A stretch of DNA of 64,000 nucleotides from Somniosus microcephalus (taxonomy: Eukaryota): assembly GCA_052327205.1 (NCBI GenBank), contig CM126211.1, positions 147,498,001 to 147,562,000 on the forward strand. The letters run 5' to 3'. The notes below the pieces were generated by a model. The model saw only the letters and a program-made list of their open reading frames with translations. It was not told the origin of the DNA and did no database searches. This document shows, one piece after another, positions 25,123 through 38,018 of the stretch. The stretch's first letter is position 1, and each line of letters opens with the position of its first letter. The position numbers and the translations under genes are program-made.

Positions 25123-25585
25123 TGTCAGCTGTGGCTCAGTTGGTAGCACCCTCGCCTCTGAGTCAGAAGGTTCTGGGTTCAGGTCCCACTCCAGATACTT
25201 GAGCACAAAATCTAGGCTGACACTCTAGTGCAGTACTGAGGGAGTTCTGCGCTATAGGAGGTGCTGTCTTTCGGCTGAAACGTTAAACCAAGGCCCCGTC
25301 TGCCCTCTCAGGTGGATGTAAATGATCCCAAGGCACTATTTTGAAGAAGAGCAGGGGAGTTATCCCCAGTGTCCTGGCCAATATTTACCCCTCAATCAAC
25401 ATCACTAAAGCAGATTATCTGGTCATTATCACATTGCAGTTTGTGGGAGCTTGCTGTGCGCAAATTGGCTGCCGCATTTCCTACATTACAACATTGACTG
25501 CACTTCAAAAAGGTACTTAATTGGCTGTAAAGCGCTTTGAGACGTCTGGTGGTCGTAAAAGACGCTGTATAAATGCAAGTCTTTT
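25123..25585 (+). mobile_element. tRNA-derived Deu-domain SINE (SacSINE1-like)
   Basis: A box TGGCTCAGTTGG, B box GGTTCAGGTCC, Deu-like core CTGTCTTTCGGCTGAAACGTTAAACC..GATCCCAAGGCAC, tail TATAAATGCAAGTC. Confidence 0.85.
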
Positions 25586-28267
25586 TTTAATCACAAAGAT
25601 ATCCTGCTCAACCTCCATGTCACCTGTCTGCAACAAATTTGTCACTGAAGCCCTCATACGTGCCTTCATTACTTCCAAACTCAATTACTCCTGACTTTCC
25701 ATTCTCCACTCTCCAGCCACCATCCTCCATAAACTCCAGTTCATCCACAGCACTGCTGCTCACATCCTACCCTGCACCAAGTCCCATTCACCTATCACCA
25801 TCATTATTACTGGCCTGCATTGGCTTCTAATACCTCAAACTTAAAATTCTTGTCTTTGCCTTTAAGTCCCTTCATGACCGCACCGCTTCCCATCTGTAAA
25901 CCTCCTCCAGCCCTACAACCGTCTACTTCATACTCTCTGTTTCTTTAGCTCAGCTCTCTTGTCCACCAGTGGCCACCATGCCTTCGGCTACTAGGTCCCT
26001 CAAATATTTATCCATGGTTCCCGTAAAAGATGCAATGGTCTGTGTCTCAACTTCTCCCTGTGAGTTTGCTGCTCACCTCAGCCCCCATCCCCCCCACCCC
26101 CTCCGATTCCCATCCCAAGTTAAATGGGTTTAATTTTTAAAACTTCCATTAAGTCTCCTCTTTGCCTTTTCTGCTCCAGTGGAAATATTCTCAGTATCTC
26201 ATGCTTTTCATCCCTGGTGTCATCCTGGTGATTCTATGTTGTACGCTTTCTATGGCTTTAATGTCCTTTCTATAATGAGACACCCAAACCGCACACAGTG
26301 CTCTAACTGTGGTTTGTACAAATGTATCATAAACTCTTTGCTGTTGTACTCTGTGTCCCTATTTATAAAGCCCAAAACCTTATTTGCCTTTTTATGACTT
26401 TATCTGCCTGCAATTTCAGGGAATTATGTATTTGAACCCTTCAGTTTCCTTCCATTGAGCATATACTTACATTCCTTGTTTTGCCTCTTAGAATGGATTA
26501 CCTCACAATTCTCCACATTACTTGCATTTGTCACCTGTCTACCCTTCAGAAGTCTTTAACAGTCCTCCTTTAAGGGAAAATTACATAAAAATAACTCCCG
26601 CACTCAGCGTACTGTCAGATTGGCAGGCCCTTTTGGAGTGATCAAACAGTAAAAGTTCACTCTTCAACCTGCTGTCGTCTTTTTAATGGCCTACTGATAA
26701 TTTTTTAACGTTTGTCTATTTACAAACAGTGTCTGCACTTCTAAAGTAATTTGTTGTGTGAGATTTTTCAATGTAAAAAGGTACTACAAATAGTGCAATC
26801 ACAAATAACTAGGACTGTGTGATGCATGAGGTTAGCATACAGTTCTTTCACCTCTGAGATCTGGGTCCCATTATTTACTTGGGCCGCGGAGAGGATTTCC
26901 GGATAGAAAATCCGGAAGTAAGGGTTCCCGGACATCCTACTGAAATTAGCAGTAGAGCTCCTTTTAAATTTTTTCTGCTGGTTACCCACCTGTTCATTGC
27001 ACTTACATTTGCCCATAGAATTTTCTGGGCTTTTACAGTATGATTTGTGGTAATTAGAGAGCCGGAACAGTGCAGTGCCCTCTACAGGAGATCTGAGACC
27101 TGTGTGAACTGGGCAAGCAATGATGTGTCTCCTCAACCAATCAGATTGGAGAATCCTAACTGAGGCACACAGAGTCTAAACCAGGAAGTGTAAGTTAGAA
27201 CATTTAATTCAGTGTAAAAATCATTGGCAAAATAAAGAGAGGGAACGAAAGATGGGATTAAGAGAGAGATAAAAGAAAAACATTTTTTATACTTTTAGTT
27301 TTTTTAAATCTCCTACAGTTAAAATCTGAAAGAATAAGTCTCCACACTTGTAAAAGTAAATTTTCAGTGCCAGAGAGGTTGTTTGGCAGTAATTAAGACC
27401 TACCGTGCCATTAAAAATTCACTTACACTTGAATGGACAAGCCCTAACTTTTTCTGCCATGTTTAATGGCTATCTAGTGGGTAATTACTGCAATTTCACA
27501 CCCTTCATGTGTTTAAATGCTGAGTCTCTCACCGAGATACTGTTACAGCGAAGCTTCAGGAGGAGCAGGGCAACTCGGACAGCAACTTCCTGATTTCCGC
27601 ATTTAACTGCACATGTGTGAACGTCAGAAGTTGCTGTCTGATTTATTACCATAAAATCCTGATCATTGTGACATGCAATATAAATGCAAGTCTTTCCTTC
27701 TTCTTCATGAAATTAACATTTTTCTTATGTACATAGACCTAGAATTGTGCAGGCATTTTGTTTCCTGGTTTCAGTCTCCTTCTGCTTTTATGACTGTTGA
27801 CATTTACATGATCTATGGCGCTATATATTTACATGATGTGAAATAGAATGGTAGCAGGTACGGAATAATGAAATTACAAATCTAAAGAATCATTGTTTCA
27901 AAATTATTAATCTTTTATTCTCTGCTTTTTATTATTTTTTGTAAAAGAAATATTACATTTATTTAATATAAAAACAGAAAATGCTAGAAATACTCAGCAG
28001 GTCAGGGCACCATCTGTGGAGAGAGAAACAGAATTAACGTTTCAGGTCGATTAATTTAATTTGTCAGCTCACTAATTACTTCAGTTTCATTACCTGCCAA
28101 TTTACATTTCCCCACACTTCCTGTAAACTACTCACTGCTCTTGACACAAACTGTCTTCACTGGAAATCCTTTACTGTATTTGATGAAACAGGTAGATTTT
28201 GTTATAATGGTTTGGGTCATCTCTCGTTTAACTGAGGGAAAAAAATATTTTGACCTTTTTTTTGCAG

Positions 28268-28354
28268 TCTTCTTTAATGTCAGAGCCATCTATTGATCTA
28301 CTTTCGCAGCAGTTGATGCCCCAACCAGTCAGTCAGTCTGCATCGATGACACAG
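28268..28354 (+). CDS. NPAS2: NPAS2 exon: SSLMSEPSIDLLSQQLMPQPVSQSASMTQ
   Basis: Poly-T tract + gcag acceptor, gttaga donor, 87 nt, phase 0-0; resembles the mammalian NPAS2 DLTQQLLPQ..MAQ segment. Confidence 0.8.
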
Positions 28355-28679
28355 GTTAGAAAATAAATACATTTTCTTTAATTGTGTAAATGTATTTTCT
28401 TCCATTTCCCTAAACCTTTGTTTATAATCTTCAACCAAATTGATACACAGGACAAGCAGGAAATAACAAAGCATGTACAGTAATTAATTAAAATTTAGTT
28501 TAAAAAAAATTCTTATTTGTTTTCTTGCTTGATTTTAAAGTTATTTGTCCCATTCCTCCACTTGACCATGTTATGTTCCCTATCTGAGAGAGAGGCAGGT
28601 TATGTGATCCCTTATTTCTTCCAAAGCCGCCACTTATCAGTGTCCAAACACTGTGTGGGGACTCTCTCTTGGATTTTCT

Positions 28680-30890
28680 TCTTTCATCGTGTTGTGTGGC
28701 ACTACCACCGTGCTAAATGGGACAGATTCAGAACAGATCTAGCAGCTCAAAACTGGGCATCCATGAGGTGCTGTGGGCCATCAGCAGCAGCAGAATTGTA
28801 TTCCACCACAATCTGTAACCTCACGGCCCAGCATATCCCTCACCTCTACCATTACCATCAAGCCAAGGGACCAACCCTGGTTCAATAAGGAGTGTAGAAG
28901 AGCATGCCAGGAGCAGCATCAGGCGTACCTAAAAATGAGGTGCCAACCTGGGGAAGCTGCAACACAGGACTACATGCATGCTAAAAAGTGGAAGCAGCAT
29001 GCTATAGACAGGATAAGTGATCTCACAATCAGCAGATCAGATCAAAACTCTCCAGTCCTGCCACATCCAGTCATGAATGGTGGTGGACCATTAAACAACT
29101 AACGGGAGGAGGAGGCTCTATGAGTATCCCCATCCGCAATGATGGTGGAGCCCAGCACATGAGTGCAAAAGACGAGGCTGAAGTGTTTCCAACCATCTTC
29201 AGCCAGAAGTGCCGAGTGGATGATCCATATCAGCCTCCTCCTGAGGTCCCCACCATCACAGAAGCCAGTCTTCAGTCAATTCGATTCACTCCACGTGATA
29301 TCAAGAAACGGCTGAGCACACTGAATACAGCAAAGGCATTGGGCCCTGACAACATCCCGGCTGTTGTGCTGAAGACTTGTGCTTCTGAAGTAGCCGCGCC
29401 TCTAGGCCAAGCTGTTCCAGTACAGCAAAACACTGGCATCGATCCGACACTATGGAAAACTGCCCAGGGATGTCCTGTCCACAAAAAGCAGGACAAATAC
29501 AATCCAGCCAATTACCGCCCCATCAGTCTACTCTCAATCATCAACAAAATGATGGAAGGTGTCGACGACAGTGCTATCAAGCGACACTTACTCACCAATA
29601 ACCTGCTTACTGATGCCCAGTTTGGGTTCCGTCAGGACCACTCGGCTCCAGACCTCATTACAGCATTGGTCCAAACATGGACAAAGGAGCTGAATTCCTG
29701 AGGTGAGGTGAGAGTGACTGCCCCTTGACATCAAGGTAGCATTTGACCGAGTGTGGCATCAAGGAGTCCTAGTAAAATTGAAGTCAATGAGAATCGGTGG
29801 GGGAAAACTCTCCACTGGCTGGAGTCATACTAGCACAAAGGAAGATGGTTGTGGTGGTTGGAGGTCAATCATCTCAGCCCCAGGACATCGCTGCAGGAGT
29901 TCCTCAGGGCAGTGTCCTAGGCCCAACCATCTTCAGCTGCTTCATCAATGACCTTCCCTCCAACATAAGGTCTGAAATGGGGATGTTTGCTGATGACTGC
30001 AAAGTGTTCAGTGCCATTCGCAACTCCTCAGGTAATGAAGCAATCTATGCCTGCATGCAACAAGATCTGGACAACATTCAGGCTTGGGCTGATAAGTGGC
30101 AGGTAACATTCGCGCCACACAAGTGCCAGGCAATGACTATCTCCAACAAATGAGAGTCTAACCACTGCCCCTTGACATTCAACGGTATTACCATCGCCAA
30201 ATCCACCACCATCAACATCCTGGGGGTTACCATTGACCAGAAACTTAACTGGACCAGCCACATAAATACTGTGGCAACAAGAGCAGGTCAGAGGCTAGGT
30301 ATTCTGCGGTGAGTGTCTCACCTTCTGACTCCCCAAAGCCTTTCCACCATCTACAAGGCACAAGTAAGGAATGTGATGGAATACTCTCCACTTGCCTGGA
30401 TGAGTGTAGCTCCAACAACACTCAAGAAGCTCAACACCATCCAGGACAAAGCAGCCTGCTTGATTGGCACCCAATCAACCACTTTAAACATTCACTCCCT
30501 CCACCACTGATGTACCGTGGCTGCAGTGTGTACCATCTACAAGATGCACTGCAGCAACTCGCCAAGGCTTCTTCGGCAGCACCTCCCAAACCCGTGACCT
30601 CTACCACCTAGAAGGACAAGGGCAGCAGGCGCATGGGAACGTCACCACCTCCAAGTTCCCCTCCAAGTCACACACCAGCCTGACTTGGAAGTATATCGCC
30701 GTTCCTTCATCGTCGCTGGGTCAAAATCCTGGAACTCCCTCCCTAACAGCACTGTGGGAGTAGTCTCACCACACGGACTGCAGCGGTTCAAGAAGGCTGC
30801 TTACCACCACCTTCTCAAGGGCAACTAGGGATGGGCAATAAATGCTGGTCTTGCCAATGATGCCCACATCCCATGAATGAATATTTAAAA
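28680..30890 (+). mobile_element. Decayed CR1-group LINE (HER1-like), 5'-truncated
   Basis: GPDNIP, NYRPISLLS, QFGFR, GVPQGSVLGP and FADD motifs with several stops/frameshifts; tail GGCAATAAATGCTGG..CCCATGAATGAAT plus A-run. Confidence 0.88.
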
Positions 30891-32656
30891 AAAAATTCCT
30901 GTGTGGAATTACCTAGCCTGTACATGTTCCTTCTCACTGACAGCATGGAGAGGATCATAAACTTCCTATTTGGAGAAGTCCTTCCACTCAGTGACATAGT
31001 GCAATGGAGCACCAGTACTGTAATGATCAGTAACATGTCATTCTAGAATGGTACACTAGGTGGAGCTGTATGTTTAGTAGTGGGCTACCCATAAGGCAGT
31101 AGTCAAGATGGATGCCTGTACACTAGTCCACATGGCTGAATAAATGACTAGCTCAAGCTAGCTGTTCATAATGAAAATGTCTATTTATTTATGAACATAA
31201 CATGGTACCAGGATTGGTAATATCTGCTGAATATTGTGAAACGCGACATGGAGAATTTGAAGCCACCGGAGGGTTTGAAACTCACGGGGAATGTCGACTG
31301 CAATTGGTGGACTTTCAAACAACAATTCGAACTCTACATTGCTGCCATCGGGTTCAGTACGAAGCCAGACGCAAGGAAAATAGTGTTACTGCTCACGGTT
31401 GCAGGCCCGCAGGTGATAGAGGTATTTAATATGTTTGTATTTGATCAAGAGGAGGACAGAGAAAAAATGGACGATGTGCTAAAGAAGTTTGATACACATT
31501 GTTCTCCCAAAAAGAACGAGACCTATGAGAGGTATGTGTTCCGTTCACGGACACAGCAGCAAAATGAAACTTTTGATAGCTTTGTGACCGATCTGAAACT
31601 GAAAGCACAGACATGTAATTTCTCTGAACTGACATCATCCATGATTCATGACCAGATTGTGTTTGGTATTCATGATAAAAAAAGTCAGGGAACGTCTGTT
31701 GAGAGAAACCGAACTAACATTGGAGAATACTGTGAAAATATGCCATGCCAGTGAGCTAGCTCAACAGCACGCAAAGACTTTCAGTGAAATTAATAATAAT
31801 GCGACTGTAGTAAGTGATAGTGCTGCTGTCGGTGCTGTATCCTACAAGGGGAAGAAACGTGGGCAGAACAGAAATGCAAAGCAATTGGAGGATGGAACTT
31901 TTAATTGTAAACGCTGTGGTTACCAGCACCAGTCAAGACAATGCCCAGCGTTTGGGAAAATGTGCACAAAATGTAATGGAAAGAATCACTTTGCCAAACA
32001 ATGCTTTTCAAAAGTAAAAACAAAGAAAGGGCAACAAGTCAATGTGATTGGGGACACTGATTTAAGTGAGACATTTTTTGTAGGAATGGTGTCATGTGAC
32101 AATATAGAAAAGGATACAGATAATGTGCAGCCCTCAGGAATGGACAATGCTGAACATAAAGTTAATGCAGTAAAAGAGGACAAATGGATGATGCCACTAC
32201 AGGTAAATAGAGCATTAGTTACATTGAAACTAGACACTGGGACAAAAGCAAACTTAATCAGTATGAGTGACATTAAAAATATGAAAGAAAAGCCCAAAAT
32301 ACAGAAAAAGTCAGTACTACTGAAGAACTATAATGGACAGAAAATAGATAGCTTAGGTGTATGCAGACTTAAAGTGACAGTCAAAGACAAAGTGCATCAT
32401 CTCATGTTTTCTGTTGTGGCTGAAGGACTTGATTCACTACTAGGTGACAAAGCTTGTGAGGACTTAGAACTGGTCAAGAGAGTCTACCGTATAAACTGTG
32501 CCATAAGCAGACCAGATGACTCAGTGGATTCTGTAGTGAGTAATTTCCAGGATGTGTTCAAAGGATTTGGAGTTCTACCATTCACTTACAAGAGCCAGCT
32601 AAAGGAGGATGCTCAGCCAGTGGTACATGCTCTACGGAGAGTTCCAGCACCCCTGC

Positions 32657-35600
32657 TGTTAGATCCGTGTGTTAATGGAGACACGGAATGCAGGAGTTGA
32701 TTTAACAAGTGTTTACTGAACAAAGTCTGGAGATGAACTAACAACACAAGACGCTACACAGGCTTATATACCCGAGTGGTCACTACTGGTACTACAGTAT
32801 ACAGGGGCTTCAAAAACATAGTTGCTCTTAAAGGTACATACACTACAATTCCTCCCCTTTTAGATAAATAGTACATAACATTTTAAGTAATCATTAAATA
32901 ACATTTTTACAAGAACAATAATATACACATTTGCTGAAGTTAATCAATTACAAATTCAGTCTCTCTGGAGGCTTCCTGACTTGGTCCGGATAACGCCTCG
33001 GTGGTGTAGTAGGTTCTTTTGGCAAGGTCGATTCGGCTTCAATGCTAGTGTCGGGTTCATCTGGTTCCAGTATCACCAGATCGGAGGTAGATACTATGGG
33101 TATCTCTGCTTCATCACTAGGTGTATAGAGTTGTGGTGTAGGTTGTCCTTTTTCGGATGACTCTATGATCTGGTCAGCATGGCGCCTTATTATGCTTTCT
33201 CCAATGTCCACGGTATACATCAGCGGTCCTAGTCGTGTGCAAATAGTTCCAGGCTGCCATTTCTCGGTACGGTAGTCCCGGGCCAAAACTGGTTGACCTA
33301 TCTGGAAGGTTCTAGTTGGCCTTTCATTCATGCTTTGAAATTGCCGGTTCTCTACGTCCCTTCTGACGTTTGGCTTGACCAAATCCAGCCGGCATCTTAG
33401 TCTTCTATTGAAAAACATCATGGCGGGGGTTTGGTTTGTAACCACATGTGTTGCATTCCTGTACGCAAACAAGAAGTTATCTACCTTATGTTGTAGATTT
33501 ATGTCTTCATTACCCATGGCCTTTATGGCCTTCTTGAAGGTCTGGACAAACCTTTCAGCCAATCCATTGGTGGCGGGATGGTATGGGGCGGACGTGTAGT
33601 GCTTAACCCCATTGTTTTTTAAGAACTTCCTGAATTCTTCGGATACAAATTGCGGTCCATTATCAGAACAGATCTGTTCAGGCAGCCCATTCCTGGCGAA
33701 TATGGTCCTTAATACTGTGATGGTTTTTTCCGTGGTGGTGGAGGACATCTTTATTACCTCCGGCCACTTGGAGTGTGCATCCACCGCAATTAAGAACATT
33801 GAGTCCATAAATGGACCAGCAAAGTCGATATGTACCCTTTGCCATGGAGATGAGGGCCACTCCCATGGATGTAGAGGGGCTTGTGGTGGGGCGTTTTGGA
33901 CCTTCTGGCATCCTAGACAGCTCTTGGTCATTTCTTCGATGTCTCCATCGATACCTGGCCACCACACAAACGCTCTGGCTAAGTTCTTCATTTTCACTCC
34001 ACCCAGATGCCCCTCGTGAAGCTCCTTTAGCACTCTATCCTTGAGTTTGGGTGGAATCACCACTCTGGACCCACACATCAAGGTTCCTCGGCACACTGAC
34101 AGCTGTTCTCTTCTTTGCGTGAATGCTGGCAACAGTGGTTCGCCATGTGCTGGCCATCCCTTCACCGTTAAATCGTAGACTCGTGAGAGAGTCGGGTCAT
34201 TTCGCGTTTCCTTTTCAATGGTAGAATTTGTCACCGGTAAACATTCCACTGTGGTCGAGTGGAATATCTCCACTGGGTCCACTGTAGGCGCCTCTTCCAC
34301 CGTTGGCAACAGTAGGCGCGATAACCCGTCAGCATTCCCATGCTGTTTTGTTCCTTTGTACTCTATGTCATATTGGTGTGCCCCTAGGAAAAGGGACCAG
34401 CTCTGTAGCCTTTGCGCTGTCATAATGGGAACGCCCTTTTTAGGGTTGAATATTGATGGCCAGTCAACAAGGTAAACTTTTGTCCGTGTAGGTAATGGTT
34501 GAATTTCTTCACCCCCCACACCAGGCTGAGTGCCTCCCTGTCGATCTGGGCATAGTTACGCTCAGCTGAGTTCAATGAGCATGACGCAAAAGCTATCGGC
34601 CGCTCCGAGCCATCAGGGAATCTATGCGATAATACTGCTCCCACGCCGTAAGGGGATGCATCGCACGCCAGTCTGATTGGCAGTGATGGGTTGTAATGAG
34701 CCAACACTTCCCTGGACGTGATCAAGCCTTTGCATTTATGGAAGGCATGTTTACAGTCTTCGCTCCATTTCCAAACTGCTCCCGTTTGTAGCAGTGCGTT
34801 AAGCGGGTGCAGAACCGTCGACAAGTTTGGTAAAAATTTATGATAGTAATTTACTAATCCCAGGAACGACCTTAATTGTGAGACATTTTCAGGTGCTGGG
34901 GCCTTTACGACCGCTTCAATTTTTTCAGGTGACTTATGCAACCCTTCTTCGTTAATGACATGGCCACAATATGATATTTGTTTCTGGAAAAATTCGCATT
35001 TGGAGCGATTTGCTCGTAGGCCCCGTTCTCTCAGCCTCGTGAGCACCTGCTCCAAGTTGGCAAGGTGCTCGTTGTCGTTTTCTCCTGTTACAAGGATATC
35101 GTCTAGGTAGCATTGAGTCCCCGGAATCCCTTGCAGGACTTGCTCCATAGCTCTTTGCCAGATAGCCGGAGCTGATGCCACTCCGAAAACCAGTCGATTG
35201 TACTGGTACAGGCCTTTGTGTGTGTTTATCGTGAGATACTTTTTAGAGGCCTCCTCAACCTCCATCTGTAGATATGCCTGTGCTAAATCAATTTTGGTGA
35301 AACGTTTCCCTCCGGATATTGAGGCGAAAATATCTTCTATCCTCGGAAGAGGATACTGTACCGTGTGAAGAACCGGGTTTACATTCACCTTGAAGTCCCC
35401 ACAGATGCGAACTATTCTCTGTTCTTCAGATTTATCATTATTCAATGTTTTCTTCATGACCGGGACGATGGGTGTTGCCCACTCGCTCCAATCTACCTTG
35501 GATAACACGCCTGCTTTTTCCAAATTCTCCAGCTCTGCCTCGACGGCTGGACGAATTGCGTATGGCACCGGCCTTGCCTTAAAAAACTTGGGAATTGCCG

Positions 35601-37672
35601 CATCTTCCACTTTTATTGAGGCAGTGGCGCCTTTCAGGGTTCCTAGTTCCAGTTGAAACACTTCTTTGGCGTTAGCCAAGATTTCTTTTAATCGTCCAGG
35701 TATGACGTCATCATCGTTTTTTTTCTTACTGGTCACCGTCAGTGCCTGAATGGAGTGCCAGTCTAAACGTATCTTTCTGATCCATTCACGTCCCAACAAC
35801 GGTGGACCACCATCTTGCAGAACGTATAAATACAACTCCTGTATTTCCTTGCCGTTGTATACAACAGGCACCCTTATTTTCCCTCTGGGGTATACTTTCT
35901 GCCCCGTATATGTCTTCAAGACAATGGATGTGTCTTTCAAAGGTATATGCGGAAATAGCCGCTCGTAATCCTGTCGACTCATGACGGTCAGAGCTGATCC
36001 TGTATCTAGCTCCATTTTGACTGGGGACCCCGCTATCGTGAGGGTAACCCAAATGGTCTGGTAATCTTCTTTGGCAATTACATTATGTAATTTGAGACAG
36101 CTTAGTCTCTTGTTTCCGGAGTCGCTATCGCTCTTCTGGTTTTCGGAGCTACTGTCCGTCATCATTTGTACCTTTCTGTACTTTTCCTTATTGACCTTTT
36201 TACTGTCAGCGGATTTCTTTCCAGATCTGCATACACGTGCAATGTGTCCCATCTTTCCGCATTGCCTGCATGCTTTGTCCTTGAACCAGCAGTCCTTCTG
36301 GTCATGGGTGGATCTGCCACAGTGATAACATCTCTCGAAACCCCGTGTCATTTCATGGGTGCTGAAGTCCTGTGGCTTTTGCTGTATCTCTGCAGCTCCT
36401 CTTGCTGCTGCTTCGTATGATACAGCCACACTGAAAGCCTTGTCCAGTGTCAAATCTTTCTCAGAAAGTAGTCTTTTCTGTGTTCCTTCGCTTAGGAGAC
36501 CGCAGACGAATTTGTCTCGTAGAGAATCTGCCAGTCCTGCCCCGAATTGGCAGTGCTTTGACAGCTTTCGTAATTCGGTGAGGTAATCAGCGTTACTTTC
36601 ATTCTTGTGCTGATTCCTCCTGAAAAATTTGAATCGTTCCGCTATCAGCAGCGGTGTTGGGTTTAAGTGCTCCTGTAAGGTATCAACAATCTCCTTAAAA
36701 TTCTTGTCCATCGGTTTGGCTGGAGTGATCAAGTTTCGTAACAGCCCGTATGTCCTTGCGCCCATCAGATTTAGAAGTACCGATGCCTTTTTACCATCCG
36801 CTACTTCATTCGCCTTGCAATATACCTCCACCCTTTCCACATATGTGGTCCAATCTTCTATATCACTATCGAAAGCAGTAATATTGCCAGTCTTCGGCAT
36901 CTTGAAAATCTAAAATGGCGCTTCCCGCGCTTTTCTTTCTTCCCCGCCGAGTTAAGATGGTGCCTCCCGCGCTTTCCCGCCGCTGCCGCTGCTGTTCTCC
37001 GCGGTTCCCGTTGCGACCTGCAGCTTTTCGCGGTATTTCTATTTTTTTTATATATCGCTTCAATAGTTTCTCCGTTACTTGGAGAACCGTTCCCGTCATG
37101 GAGCGGAACCTCTGGGACTTTCCCCTCCCTCTGCTCGGTCCGAACGCTGACCTGCTTTGCAGCACCGGCCGCGCCCTGAGTGCTCCACCCTCTCTCTCTC
37201 TTTGCTTCTGCTTCCCGACTCGCTGCCCAGCCCCGTTGCAGAGCCACCCGATCGAGCTCTAGCCCGCCGCAGCCCAGGAAGGATCAGTGCACTACCTGCC
37301 ACCAGCCGGTTTAGCTGGGGAAACCACAGACTGGAGACCAAGCCTGGCCCTCGTTTTCGAGTTTCTTCGAGTTATTTTTTTATTATTTTTTTTTTCTTCT
37401 GGCTTCGACCTTCGTCTGAGGAATCGATCCCCTTGAGGTGCTGCCGAATTGCAGGTAAGTTTGTTTCTAACTCGTCGCCACTGTTAGATCCGTGTGTTAA
37501 TGGAGACACGGAATGCAGGAGTTGATTTAACAAGTGTTTACTGAACAAAGTCTGGAGGTGAACTAACAACACAAGACGCTACACAGGCTTATATACCCGA
37601 GTGGTCACTACTGGTACTACAGTATACAGGGGCTTCAAAAACATAGTTCCTCTTAAAGGTACATACACTGCA
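32657..37672 (-). mobile_element. Ty3/Gypsy element B, full length, nested in A
   Basis: 191-bp LTRs 32657-32847 and 37482-37672 (3 mismatches by eye), CCTGC TSD, PBS TGGCGACGAG, PPT AAAAGGGGAGGAAT. Confidence 0.95.
32948..36900 (-). pseudogene. Gag-Pol of Gypsy B with a frameshifting deletion in RNase H (~34455)
   Basis: 826-aa and 523-aa ORFs together align with the uninterrupted Gypsy D polyprotein; LLTDHQPLVSIFNP is collapsed. Confidence 0.9.
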
Positions 37673-37767
37673 CCTGCGTGATCGGCTCAAGAAAGAACTG
37701 GACAGAATGACCACACTAGGAGTTATCAGGAAAGTCGAAGAGCGAACAGACTGGGCTAACTCCATGG

Positions 37768-38018
37768 TGATGTAACAAAAGAGTCTCACACATCAAGGAA
37801 CTTTAAAATAAGCTTTAAGCAACTTATAATTAAACTATATACAAGAGCGGTTTTCACCATGCCTCTAGGTGAAGCCCTTTTACCATACTGAGCAGTACAG
37901 TATTTATACTAGTCCAAACACAGGAAGTGACATATGCACAGGAAGTGATGTATGCACAGAGTTCACAGTTCACAGGAAGTGATGTGCACATAACTTCCCG
38001 GAAGTTATTATTATCACA
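37768..38018. mobile_element. Solo LTR (251 bp) inserted in the RT of Gypsy A
   Basis: TG...CA ends, CATGG TSD (37763-67, 38019-23); removal restores NSMVCVKK; internal ACAGGAAGTGA repeats. Confidence 0.85.

Noticed and set aside
25123-25195. tRNA genes
   Set aside because: The A/B boxes are SINE heads continuing into the Deu body; no complete cloverleaf.
36858-37525. Extra genes or env in Gypsy leaders (also 48071-48621 and 61801-62397)
   Set aside because: GC-rich untranslated leaders give incidental open frames with no recognisable domain, and there is no room for env between integrase and the PPT.
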